Source: Stegostoma tigrinum (lineage: Eukaryota). Taken from it: a stretch of DNA of 64,000 bases. Below, one piece after another: positions 50,501-63,300 of this stretch (positions are counted from its first letter, which is position 1; each line of letters begins with the position of its first letter). Under the pieces are notes generated by a model, which was not told where the DNA came from, did no database searches, and saw only the letters and a list, made by a program, of their open reading frames with translations. The stretch is taken from contig NC_081383.1 in the NCBI RefSeq assembly GCF_030684315.1, positions 33,048,180 to 33,112,179 of the forward strand, in the 5' to 3' direction. The translations under genes and the position numbers were made by a program.

Positions 50501-53500
50501 GGGAATCTGGGAGAATCAGAAAAGACTTTGGTGGGTTTGAAAAACTAATATATCCCAAATAGCCCTCCTTTCAATCATCTATCTCATTGTCTCTTACACT
50601 CTTCTGCGTTACATTCCCCACTGACTCAGTGGGTAATCTACACCACACATTAATACCCTCTGTGTGAAATAATTAAAGCTAAAAGGACTCTGATTTCCAG
50701 TTTAAGCCCAGGTCTCTCGGCTTTGCAATCTGTGACAATCTCATGTATTATTGGGCTCAATTTATCTTCCTTTAGGATATAAAATATTTAAATAACATCC
50801 TCAGTGACACTTCTTTCCTTCAGATAATTTACCCACTTCTTAGAGCTTTAATGTTTGAATGTACTGAGCAGTTTGTTTTTCCTTTTCTGCAGTTTCCAAT
50901 GCCTTGTTACTCTTTCTGCAATATCGCAACCAGAATTGTATACCTCAACACATCTTCATTTACAAGATATTAAAATGTGAAGCTGGATGAAAACAACAGG
51001 CCAAGCAGCATCTCAGGAGCACAAAAGCTGACGTTTCGGGCCTAGACCCTTCATCAGAGAGGGGGATAGGGTGAGGGTTCTGGAATAAATAGGGAGAGAG
51101 GGGGAGGCGGACCGAAGATGGAGAGAAAAGAAGATAGGTGGAGAGGAGAGTATAAGTGGGGAGGTAGGGAGGGGATAGGTCAGTCCAGGGAAGACGGACA
51201 GGTCAAGGAGGTGGGATGAGGTTAGTAGGTAGGAAATGGAGGTGCGGCTTGGGGTGGGAGGAAGGGATGGGTGAGAGGAAGAACAGGTTAGGGAGGCAGA
51301 GGCAGGCTGGGCTAGTTTTGGGATGCAGCCGGGGGAGGGGAAGAGCTGGGCTGGTTTTGGGATGCGGTGGGGGAAGGGGAGATGTTGAAGCTGGTAAAGC
51401 CCGCATTGATACCATTGGGCTGCAGGGTTCCCAAGCGGAATATGAGTTGCTGTTCCTGCAACCTTCGGATGGCATCATTGCGGCACTGCAGGAGGCCCAT
51501 GATGGACATGTCATCTAAAAAGTGGGAGGGGGAGTTGAAATCGTTCGCGACTGGGAGGTGCAGTTGTTTATTGCGAACCGAGCGGAGGTGTTCTGAAAAG
51601 CGGTCCCTAAGCCTCCGCTTGGTTTCCCCAATGTAGAGGAAGCCACACCGGGTACAATGGATACAGTATACCACGTTGGAGATGTGCAGGTGAACCTCTG
51701 CTTAATATGGAAAGTCATCTTGGGGCCTGGGATAGGGGTGAGGGAGGAGGTGTGGGGGCAAGTGTAGCATTTCCTGCGGTTGCAGGGGAAGGTGCCGGGT
51801 GTGGTGGGGTTGGAAGGCAATGTGGAGCGAACAAGGGAGTCACTTAGAGAGTGGTCTCTCCGGAAAGCAGACAAGGGTGGGAATGGAAAAATGTCTTGGG
51901 TGGTGGGGTCGGATTGTAGATGGCGGAAGTGTTGGAGGATGATGCGTTGTATCCGGAGGTTGGTGGGGTGGTGTGTGAGAACGAGGGGGATCCTCTTTGG
52001 GTGGTTGTGGCGGGGGCGGGGTGTGAGGGATGTGTTGCGGGAAATGTGGGAGACGCGGTCAAGGGCGTTGTCGACCACTGTGGGGGGAAAGTTGCGGTCC
52101 TTGAAGAACTTGGACATCTGGGATGTGTGGGAGTGGAATGCCTCATCGTGGGAGCAGATGCGGCGGAGGCGGAGGAATTGGGAATAGGAGATGGAATTTT
52201 TGCAGGAGGGTGGGTGGGAGGAGGTGTATTCTAGGTAGCTGTGAGAGTTGGTGGGCTTGAAATGGACGTCAGTTACAACCTGGATGCCAGAGATGGAGAC
52301 TGAGAGGTCCAGGAAGGTGAGGTATCTGCTGGAGATGGCCCAGATGAACTGAAGGATGGGGTGGAAGGTGTTGGTGAAGTGGATGAACTGTTCGAGCTCC
52401 TCTGGGGAGCAAGAGGCGGCGCCGAAACAGTCATCAATGTATTGGAGGAAGAGGTGGGGTTTCTGGCCTGTGTAGGTGCGGCAGAGGGACTGTTCCACAT
52501 AACCTACAAAGACGCAGGTACAGCTGGGGCCCATGTGGGTGCCCATGGCCACCCCCTTTGTCTGTAGGAAGTGGGAACCCTCACCCCATCCCCCTCTCTG
52601 ATGTAGGGCCTAGGCCCGAAATGTCAGCTTTTGTGCTCCTGAGATGCTGCTTGGCCTGTTGTGTTCATCCAGCTTCACACTTTATTACCTTGGATTCTCC
52701 AGCATCTGCAGTTCCCATTATCACATCTTCATTTACAACCACTTTTCAATTTAGCTAATTACCAATTCACCTCAGAAGCTTGATTTTATTTGCTGCCTCC
52801 TTATTATGTATGTATTATAATACTGTATTGTGTGGCCTGTTATGAAAAATCTTGCTTAACATCAAAAAGAATTCACTTTCACTGAATGTATATTCACTTC
52901 CAGTGAAATCTCCAGGAATTTTAATAATTAAGAACATTGAACCCTAAATTGTCCAATAGCTCCCTCCTCATAATGATGCAGTTCTTTAATGATTTCTTTG
53001 GCTGGAATGTCTTTTAATGCTTTATCCAAAACCGATATAAGGTTCACAAGCTCATAGTTTCTGGGTCATCCCTATACACTTATGGAAAAATAATTGCTAT
53101 ATTAACAATACTCCAAATCCTCAGGAACCACTCCCATTTCTTTTTTGAAATTAAACAGATTTCACTCTCGACATTCATCCATCAAGCACACCATATTTTT
53201 CACTAACACTTTCAGTTTTTTGATCGCTGCCTTAACAAATACTTATTTTTCTGCTTAGAGCAAAAAAGAAACATTTTGATATATTTTGAATTTCTTGATT
53301 ACTTGATGTTGTGCCATGATGAGACTTTGATGGCACATTTCAGTGGCTTAACCGTTCCTTTCCTCGTCTCCCTGATTCAAATAGTTGATTTTTGTTGCAA
53401 TAGTTCCTGCGTCCAAACTCTATTTCCTATTTCAGCCCTTCTGAACAGTTTCCGATTTGCCATTATTTTGTTTTTAATTATGACTGATGTTGTCCAACAG

Positions 53501-54241
53501 CGCTTTACTTTCATGGGATGTGAATGTCACTGACAAGACAAGAATGAGCATATGATGTTCATTCTTAATTGCCCTGCATAAAATCTCATGTTTTACCCAT
53601 GTTCTATGGTTTGATACCATGAGTCTTGTGGCTCTGTATAATAGATGCTGCCTTGTCTCTTCTGGTAACTTGGGACCGGTAATGGTCTTCCCCTACATAT
53701 GACTGGCTACTGTTTGAGTATAAGTTTCTGCAAATTTTTGTCGACACCGTTGTGGATAACACTGTTCTCTGTAAGTTAACACAGACTATTCCGTTCCCTC
53801 TTCACAGTCTGTTACATTTGACTACTCTTATTACTGTTGGATGTTGATATACATCATTATCTTACATCAATTCCCATTATACCATAATCTCCACACTTTC
53901 TACATTTTCTCATTCATCCTCTTTTCCTTTTGATAGGTATCTTCCCTGTGTGTGCTATTTGAATCATGTTCTGCTTCCAGTGAATTTTACAGGCCACTCC
54001 AGACCACTTCTCATTTCTTCAAAATATGTTCTTCTTAGTCTAAGCGTTTCAATTGTATTCAGATGACATTCAGTCCTAAGCATAACCTTAAACTATATCA
54101 GAATGCTGCCACTTTTGCCACAGCATTCTTCAGCTGTTACAGGTCGAGGCTCACGATTCAGTACAACTCAGTATTCTTTTCATAGATTTTTTTGGACACT
54201 GCCACTGCACAACACCCCCCCACCCTCACACCCCCCCCCCC

Positions 54242-54329
<88 letters not shown>

Positions 54330-57300
54330 TCTGTGCGAAGCTCTGATGAAGATTCATTTCGACTTGAAATGTTAGCTTGCTCTCTCTCCGTGGATGCTGC
54401 TTGACCCACTATGATCTCTAGCATTTGTTATTTTCAGTACAGATTCAAGCATCTGCAGTAATTTGCTGCTACATGGAATTCTGTTAGCTTGGATGGCTGG
54501 TTTGCAATGAAGAGTGATGCCAACCATGCAGATTCAATTCCCATACTGTCTGAAGTCACCACTGAAGGCCTGCCTCCCTCATCTCGCCCCCTTACTTGAG
54601 ACAGTGTGACCCTCAGGTTAAACTCACTATTAGTAATCTCTTTCTAATGAAAGAACATGTTCATGGTACTCTGCAACTATGGCAACTACTGCATTCGAGC
54701 ATCTGCATGCTGCTCCCATTTATTCCGCTTGGTATTCCTACTAATTTGTTTAATTTCAAGGGATATTCCCGAAACGTCAGCTTTTGTGCTCCTGAGATGC
54801 TGCTTGGCCTGCTGTGTTCATCCAGCCTCACATTTTATTAACTCAAGGAAGTCTGTCCTATTTGTTTGGGTGGTCACTTTCTCTTGCAACTATTCTTGTA
54901 AGTTGCTCCTTCTGCCCCCTGTTGCAAGCATCATACAGTTCAATGTGCACTCTCAGGACAATGACACTGTTGACTGCAACATCTTAAATATTGGGTCAAA
55001 TCCATATCCTGCATTCCTGACTTACAAAGGCAATTTGATGTGCAGAATTCTGGACTCATCTTCAGCACCAGGTCAGTGAATGAGTTTTTCTTCCTGTAAC
55101 TATTTTTGTATTATCATTTTCAATGGGTGTGTGGGTTGATCCAGATGTGATGGAAGTGCAGTTGTTATTTTTAAGGGCTGTTAACTCAGCTCACTCGCAA
55201 AGACTGCCACTTAAAACTGGATGAACAAATATCTTTGTGTGGATTAATTGCACCAACTGTTTCTTGGTTAACACATTTGTGCCATCAGTCTGTGTTTGAT
55301 TAAGTTTGTTTCAGCTAACAACTGATTTTAGGTTCCGGTTAACAATTCCTGAAATATAACATTTGGCCAAATTTAATAACTGCCAATTTACAAGCTTTGT
55401 TCACAGCACAGTTACTTGGCTTTTTAATATTGTTTCACTTTCAGTTAAATGCATTTACAATGAAGAATTGGCGATACTGTGACCTTCATCTTGGTTATGT
55501 TAGAAAATCCAATCCAATAGTGCCTCTGATTGTGGGGATTTATTAGTTAACTGTCATAGAGTCATCGAGTAACATAGCACAGATACAGACCTTTTGGGCT
55601 AACCAGTCCATGCTAAATATAATTCCAAGCTAAACTAGTCCTACCTGCCTGTTCCTGGCCTATATCCCTCCAAACATTTCCTATTAATGTACTTATCCAA
55701 ATGTCTTTTAAGTGTAGTAATTGTATCCGCATCCACCACTTCCTCAGGAAGTTCACTCCTCACACGAACCACTTCTGTGTAATAAAATTTGCCACTCATG
55801 TCTTTTTTTAAATTTCTCTCCTCACACCTTAGAAATGCGCCTCCTGGTCTTGAAATGCCCCATCCTAGGGAAAAGGCAGCCACCATTAACTCTATCTGTA
55901 TCCCTCATTATCTTATAACATTCTACAAGGTCACCGCTTAACCTCCAACACTCCAGTGAAAAAAGCCCCAGCCTTTCTTTATTACTCGAACCTTCTGTGC
56001 CTGGCAACATCTTGGTAAATCTATTCTGCGCCCTCTCCACTTTGCTTAGAATCATGGTCTTATTTCAAAAGTATTTGTAAAGATTCATAATAAATTGAAA
56101 TAAAGTATCCATGATAGTTGTACCAATTCCTGTAATTGCTTCTTTGACTTCAAATTTCTTGATCTGATCTCCCTCTTTGACCTGTTGATCTACAACGGGC
56201 AATAGGAGTTAGTTTCCTTCTGCTCATGTCTGTTGTCTCCATCTACAAGGTTTCTGTATTTTTGGCATCTAGACGAACTCAAGATCTCCATCACTGTTAT
56301 CACCAATCAGAAAACATGGATGCAAATTGCAAGCATAATCCAAACACATGAAATTGAAACTTATTGTAAACCGATCGATTTTGATTTTGCATATTTTGCT
56401 GTTGTAGTGTCTTTGGAAGTAACATGCAACTCTCTCTTCCAGACGTCAACGGAGTTTGTAGAATTGTTCACTGATTCAGCAATGTATGAAATGGCAAATT
56501 ACACAGATGATGCACTATCAGATATTGAGCTGGAAGAACTGGAAGAAATAGAGGAAGTCAGCCGTATTCCCAAAGAAGTGGACTGGCGTCAAATGGGCTA
56601 TGTTAGGGATGTAAAGAACCAGGTACATGTTACCTTTTCATACTGACTGTTCACTCTGTGCTGGAAGGTTGTTTCTTGATTTTGATTTTATTGGGATTAC
56701 AAAATGATGCTTCTTTAATATTTTAACTCTAAGGAATGCTCATGAATGACTTATGGATACTTGAACATTTTTAACATTTGCAATCACCTCATGTTTGAGA
56801 AAAGTTAAAGCTAGACCAAATGGGCATCAGGAGGAATAATTCATGGTTGCTGTTTTTCCCCTAAATGCCAATAGGAGGAGGTGCTGAGAACAGAAGCAAA
56901 CAGGGTTAGCAGGGACTACTGATGCTGGAGTCTGAGCTAACAAGGTGTGGAGCTGGATAAACACAGCAGGCTAGGTAGCATCAGAGGAGCAGAAAAGCTG
57001 ATGTGTCGGGTCTGGACCCTCCTTCATAGAGGGAGGGGATGGGGAAGGGTGCTCTGAAATAAAGAGAGGGGAGGGGTGGTAATAGAAGGTGGATAATGGA
57101 GAGGATAGGTGGGAGAGAAGATAGACAGGTCAAGGAGGTGGGGCTGAAGTTAGTAAGTGAGTGAAGGTAGGAAGTGGGGGTGAGTGTTGGTCCGTGAGGT
57201 GGGAGGAGAAAGGTGGGAGAGAAGACGGATAAGTCAAGGAGGTGGGGATGAGATGGGGGGGCTGGTCTTGGGATGAGGTTGGTGGTTGTGGAGATTTTGA

Positions 57301-60300
57301 AGCTAGTAAAGTCCACATTGAGACCATTGGGTTGAGGGCTTTCAAGTGGAATATGAGGTGCTGTTTCTCCAGTTTCCAGTTGGCATCATTGTGACGCTGA
57401 AGGAGGCCTAGGATAGACGTGTTGTCCAGGGAGTGGGAGGGGGAGTTGAAGTGGTGTGGAACTGGGAGGTGTTGTTTGTTTGTCGCGAACCAAGCGTAGG
57501 TGCTCCACAAAGTAGTCTCTGAGCACCCGTTTGGTCTCCCTGATATAGAGGAGGGCTAATGTGTCCAATTCAGACAGACATCATGGGTGTACAGTCTAGT
57601 GCTAAAGTGGACTTGTGATAGAGTGGTAATGTCCAAAATTCTAGCCTAAAAAGTCCAGGATAAAGCCTCACCCGCCTTGGAAGTTTGCTATAACATGCCT
57701 GAACAGGTAGTTTACAAATAATTTGAGGGTCCTGTGGAGGAATGGTAGTGCCCCCAACTGTGGGCCAGTAAGTGCACATTCAAGTCCCATCTACTTCAGC
57801 GCTGGCATGACATATCTGGACAAGTTGATTAAAAATAATTACATGCACAGAACAGTGCTAAAGAGACCTGTTAGTGCAGCGACAATGTCCTTAACTCTGG
57901 GCTAAAAGGTTTGGATTCAAGTCAGGATAGTCTTGCAGGTTTGTCTCCTCACTTCAGAACAGTTGTTTAAAAAGATTTCCTTTCTGAAGAAATGCATCTT
58001 CATGTTCGATTTTTCATCTTTAACAAAACCACATATATACTCATGGTCCTGAATTAACGCTTTGAGTGCTTGGCAGATCAGCTATAGAGTCATAGAGTCA
58101 TACAGCGCAGAAACTGACATTTCATTCCAACCAGTCTATAATGACCATAATCCTAAAGTAAACTGGTCCCACCTGCCTGCGCTTGGCCCATATCCCTCTA
58201 AACATTTCTTATTCATGTACTTATCTAAATGTCTTTTAAATGTTTTAACTGTACATGCATCCACCGCTTCCTCAGGAATTTCATTCCTCACATGAATGCT
58301 TCTGTGTAATAAAGTTGCCCCTCATGTCTTATTCAAATCTTTCTCCTCTCACCTTAAAAATATGCCCTATGGTCAGGAAAGGAAATTAAAATGCACCAAA
58401 CTATTTTGCAAGTAAACTTCTAATGCTAAAAATAATGAAATCACTTTCTACAAAACAAATGATAGAGAGCTACCATGTTCTTTAACAAAGATGCAACCTC
58501 ATTTTTTTTACAGAGGATCAAAAGGACATTTTTATAATAAAAGGATTGGTTAGAATCCATTTGATTTTAAATAATTTAACCTATTTTTCCTAATCAACCT
58601 GTTCAGAGATGCTATTACACACCTTGTGGAAGAGATGGGACTTGGACCTGGGCATCCAGGTCCAGGGATATGGACAATGACATGAGGTTGATGTTAGCCT
58701 GCATCATCAATGTGCTAGTTAAGGCAGCCCTCACTTGGAGGGAGCCCTGACCTTGGGAACTGCCAGCCAATCAGATTGGATAGTGCTGGAACTGAAAGGA
58801 TGCCCACAAAGAAGTGTCATTCTTGCTGGACAGGCTGAGTCTGGCTTCTTGGGTGGGGAAGGACTGGGCACCAAGGGAGGAGGGCTAGGAGCTTGGGCTG
58901 TGGGGAAAGGGTTCATGGTGGGCCGGGAAGGCAGTAGGCATACTTCATGTAAACTTCTTCCGCACTTCCTCCAATGCATTTACAATCATAGAATCTCTGC
59001 AGTGAAGATACACGCCATTCAGTCTATTGAGCCTATGCTGACCTGTCGAAGAACACCCCCCTACACTATACCCACATTTAGCATGGCTAACCCACCCAGC
59101 CTGCACAATCCTGGACATTATAATAATTTCCCATGTCCAATCTTCCTAAACCTGCACATCTTTGGACTGTGGGAGGAAACCGGAGCACTCGGCGGAAACA
59201 CATGCAGACACAGAAAGGGTACACACATTCCACACAGGCAGTCCCCCAGGGCTGGATTCAAACCCAGGTCCTTGTTGGTGTGAGGCAGCAGTGCTAACTA
59301 TTGTGCCACTGTGCTGCCCTTCCTAAAGTGTGGTGCCCAAAAACTATACTCCAGTTGAACTTATATAAGTTCAGTAAAACTTGCCTGCTCGTGTACTTTA
59401 TGCCACTATAAATAATTCCAAAGGTTGTGTATGTTTTATCGCCAACTCTCACCAGATGCCCTTGGCCAACCTGCTTTCTGTTTCTCACTACAAACTCTAA
59501 TTCACTAGGTTTTTGATTCTTAAGCTATGCTGCCAGCCTGAAATAATGTTGCAAGGGACTGAAGTATTACCTTGTACCAAAAACAAAGTTGCTGATTCGC
59601 AGCATCTGCAGTTCTTTTGGTTTTTGTCATGTTGTACCATTCAGGCATCCGAAAGTGGAAGTGGTAAGGGCTGTAGTTAATCTGGAACTGAATATTTTGC
59701 GTAAATCCATTTCAGGCCCATTCGTGTCCATTGGCGATCATAGTCAAGGCAAAGGTGTAGCTAACTATTTGGACTCTCTATTAGCTTTCAATCAAAGTTC
59801 TGAAGCTCATGAAGAAAAGCTCTTAAATTTTTTCAAATTTGGCAATTTATCTTCTTCCCCTGCAGGGTTCATGTTTATCGTGCTATGCATTTGCTGCCGC
59901 TGGAGCTCTGGAAGGTCAGCTGGCCAAGAAAAGGAACCAGTATGTGGATCTGAGTGTGCAAAACATCATTGACTGTTCCAATGAGTTTAAGAATTATGGG
60001 TGCAATGGAGGTTTACCGTATCGTGCCTTTAAATACATTAAGAAATACGGCATTGAAACTGATCAGTCATACCCCTACCAAGCAAAGGTATAGTCTTCTG
60101 CTTGATCATTTCATACAGTAAAACTTGACTGTTCATTGTGAGGTCTGAAAGATAGTCTGGTTCAAGGAACTGCTTCATTTAACTTCTACAAATACTGACA
60201 TCACCTGGATCTGAGTACCTTCATGCAATGTGGCAAGTAAATGTCATTTTGATTATCAGTAGAAAAGATGTCCTTCATTCTGAAAGTGTGTCGTTGGATT

Positions 60301-63300
60301 AAGTCTGACCCTGTCCTTCCTGCTAGTCCATCCCCATTTTTGAATTATAGCACATTTGAAAGATGCTTGCATCAAATAGCTTGAAATGATCAATTAGGAA
60401 AAGTTAACCCCTTGAAGACATTGACCAATCGTGATAAACCTTAATGAATTGCGGCCTCCATGCAAACATATTTGAGTTTGATACTTCTCTTACACAATCC
60501 AGTAGAGATTGTCAATAGTGATCGGGGTGGAAGCACTTGACTAAATTTCCACTTTCTACAGATTGGGCATCTTCAGCACCTTCAGGCACTACCCTAGCTG
60601 AGATTAATTAACTCAACAAAGAGTAGAAATTAGCCTGTTAGTGAAAAAAAACAGTCACGGCAATTTTGGTGGTGGGAAGGTCGCTCGGTTATGTGTGACA
60701 ACACTCCGGGATAGAAGTAAGGAGAAATAAAGAAATAGAAGTTAGCCTGTGGCTTTCTGTCTGCTACCACAAAGATACTCAATGAATAAGCATTTCGAGT
60801 CGTTCAGCCGGTCAGAGTCACATCTTAACCAGAGTGTGACTTGACGTTTGGATGAGATAAGCTGTTGAAAAGGTGGTCTTAGTGTAGCTTTTGAAGTTGG
60901 AGGAACGGAGCAAAGTAAAGAGGTTTAGAAAGTGAAAGCAGAGGGGTTGAGTCCAAATGAGTACATCAGGGAAAGCTGTTTGGAAAGGGGTCAGGGATAC
61001 ACGAACACCGAGTGATGTGGGACGTGCTCAGAGGCAATGTAGGGCAGTAGGGCAGGGGTCTGATAGATGCATGGGATTTTGTGTGTGATACGATGTTGAC
61101 ATTTATGAAAATTATTGTCCGCCGATTTGCTAAACAGGCTCTCTTTCTCATTGCAGCGAAATGATCGGTGCTTTTTTAATAGCTTTAAGAGTGTCACCAC
61201 AATTAAAGAATTCAAAAGGATAAAGAACATTGGAGAGAAAAAATTAGCTGCATTAGTGGCACGTGTCGGACCAGTTTCTGTACTTGTTTATTCCTCACTT
61301 AATTCCTGGAGATTTTACAAGTCAGGTAAAGAAAATTCTGAAGTAGAACAAAGAACTGTGGAACTGAAAATCTGAAACAAAAACAAAACTTGCTGGAGAA
61401 CCTCAACAGGTCTGATAGCATCTGTGGAGAGAACGCAGAGTTAAAGTTTCGAGTTCGGTGACTCTTCTTCAGAACTGAATGGTTCAGAATCTACCTCTCA
61501 ATCTCACCGTGCATGATATCAACAGATTGGGAACAATGGGATTCACCTTCAGGGACAATTGGTAGACTAAATAGCTTTGTAATTGAATTCCTGAATACTT
61601 TCCCTTTACTACTTCTGTCTTTGGAAGTTTTGTTTTCAACTGAATTTTCTCTTTTGACTAGGCTAGCTACCTTCCCTAACTGCTTGGCGAAAGATGCTGT
61701 AAGCATGCAAAATCTTGTAGGTCTGCCTTTCCAATTTTGTTTAATATTGTACAGAATTGGAAAGGCAGACCTACATTTCAGAGTTGTTTTCATCTACAAT
61801 ACTTCTGTAGTAAATGAAACCAGGTGGACCTCACTGACTATGAGGTGCTTGATTGGGGTTGTTAACCTGGGCCAATCAGGAGTCCCTGACTGACCAATAT
61901 AACCAGGAGACGTACAAGCCTCTAAGGTCAGAGGGCTGACTCCAAGCTGGCTGCAGCTAATATGCTTTATAATAAAGTAAGCAAAGTGTGATTTGGTGAT
62001 ACAGACCTGTATGTAGTTATTTCAGCTACCCTCCATTTTGCAGGTATCTTTGATGATGTTGACTGCAATAAGAGAGTTGACCATGCAGTGGTCTTGGTTG
62101 GCTATGTGGGTGTATCTTCAAGAGGCTACTGGATCATTAAAAACAGGTAATAGCTACAAATTAAGAATATCAGGCAGAATGGAAACCTTTGTTATCCTAT
62201 GAATTATACAAAGTGGTGCTGGCACAGAAATAACTTAACAAATGGAAAAGCAAAGCATTAAAGAGCAGACACTTAAATGGGACCCCCTAAAGCATTTATG
62301 AGCATTTAAGTAAAGCTAATTTTATCAAAGAAATAAATGAACACAATGCAATCTTTCTGTTGATTTACTTATTTCCAATTGCCACCTTGTGGATAAACAT
62401 GGGATAGCTAAACTTGCCCCACTGGGTGTGAATTGTCATCATACAGCAGTCTCTCAACTGCCTGGCACTTGAGAGTAATTGTAAAAGTTCATTCTTTTAT
62501 CTGCAGTCACTTGGCCTCGTTTTTACTGAGTAGCAAGTGAAACATTTGTTTCCCTGCCTCAAATCAATTTCTCCCAGAAAAGATGAGATGAAAGCTGATT
62601 TTTTTTTGATGCTTTCCTTTACATGTATCCTGAGATTTGCTCTGCCCAGCTGTCAATTGCTTCCACCTTTTCTGAATGTATCATCTCACTTTTCAGATCC
62701 TGAAAGGCCGATGATGGCATTGTGGTATTGTTGCTAGACTATTAATCCAGAGACCCAGATAGCATTCTAGGAACCCAGGTTTAATCCCATCATTGGCAGA
62801 TGTTGGGATTTGAATTCAATCATATCTGGAAATAAAAGTCTAATGATTGTGAAACTGAGTGAAAATACCATCTGGTTCACTAATGTCCCTTTAAAGAAGG
62901 ATACTGTTGTCCTTACCCGGTCTGGCCTACATTATGAATCCAGATGCCCAACGGTGTGGTTGACTCTCAACTGCCTTCTGGGCAATTGGGAGTTAGCAAT
63001 AAATGCTGGTCTAGTCAGTGTCATCCACATCCTTTGAATGCATTAATTTTAAAAAACTGCATTTTAGATCTTCTACTGTATACTTTTTGACATGGATTCT
63101 TGCATGAAAATTATAAACTGCCATGTTTTACACTTAATTCCTCATTCAGTCAAAACTGACCTTTTGTGAAACAAGGGACACCATGGCACAGTGGGAATGT
63201 TTCTGCTCTAGTAAACCAGACCTCCAGGCTAATCTTTAGGCATACATTCAAATCCCACTATAAGAGCTGGTGGGCTTTTCAATCAATAATACATCTGAAA

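Noticed and set aside
54103-54424. His-Thr and Cys-Val repeat ORFs
   Set aside because: Translations of the (CA)n microsatellite.
58735-59283. 182-aa ORF in a cathepsin intron
   Set aside because: Second half is an antisense HE1 SINE; no splice-compatible or domain evidence.
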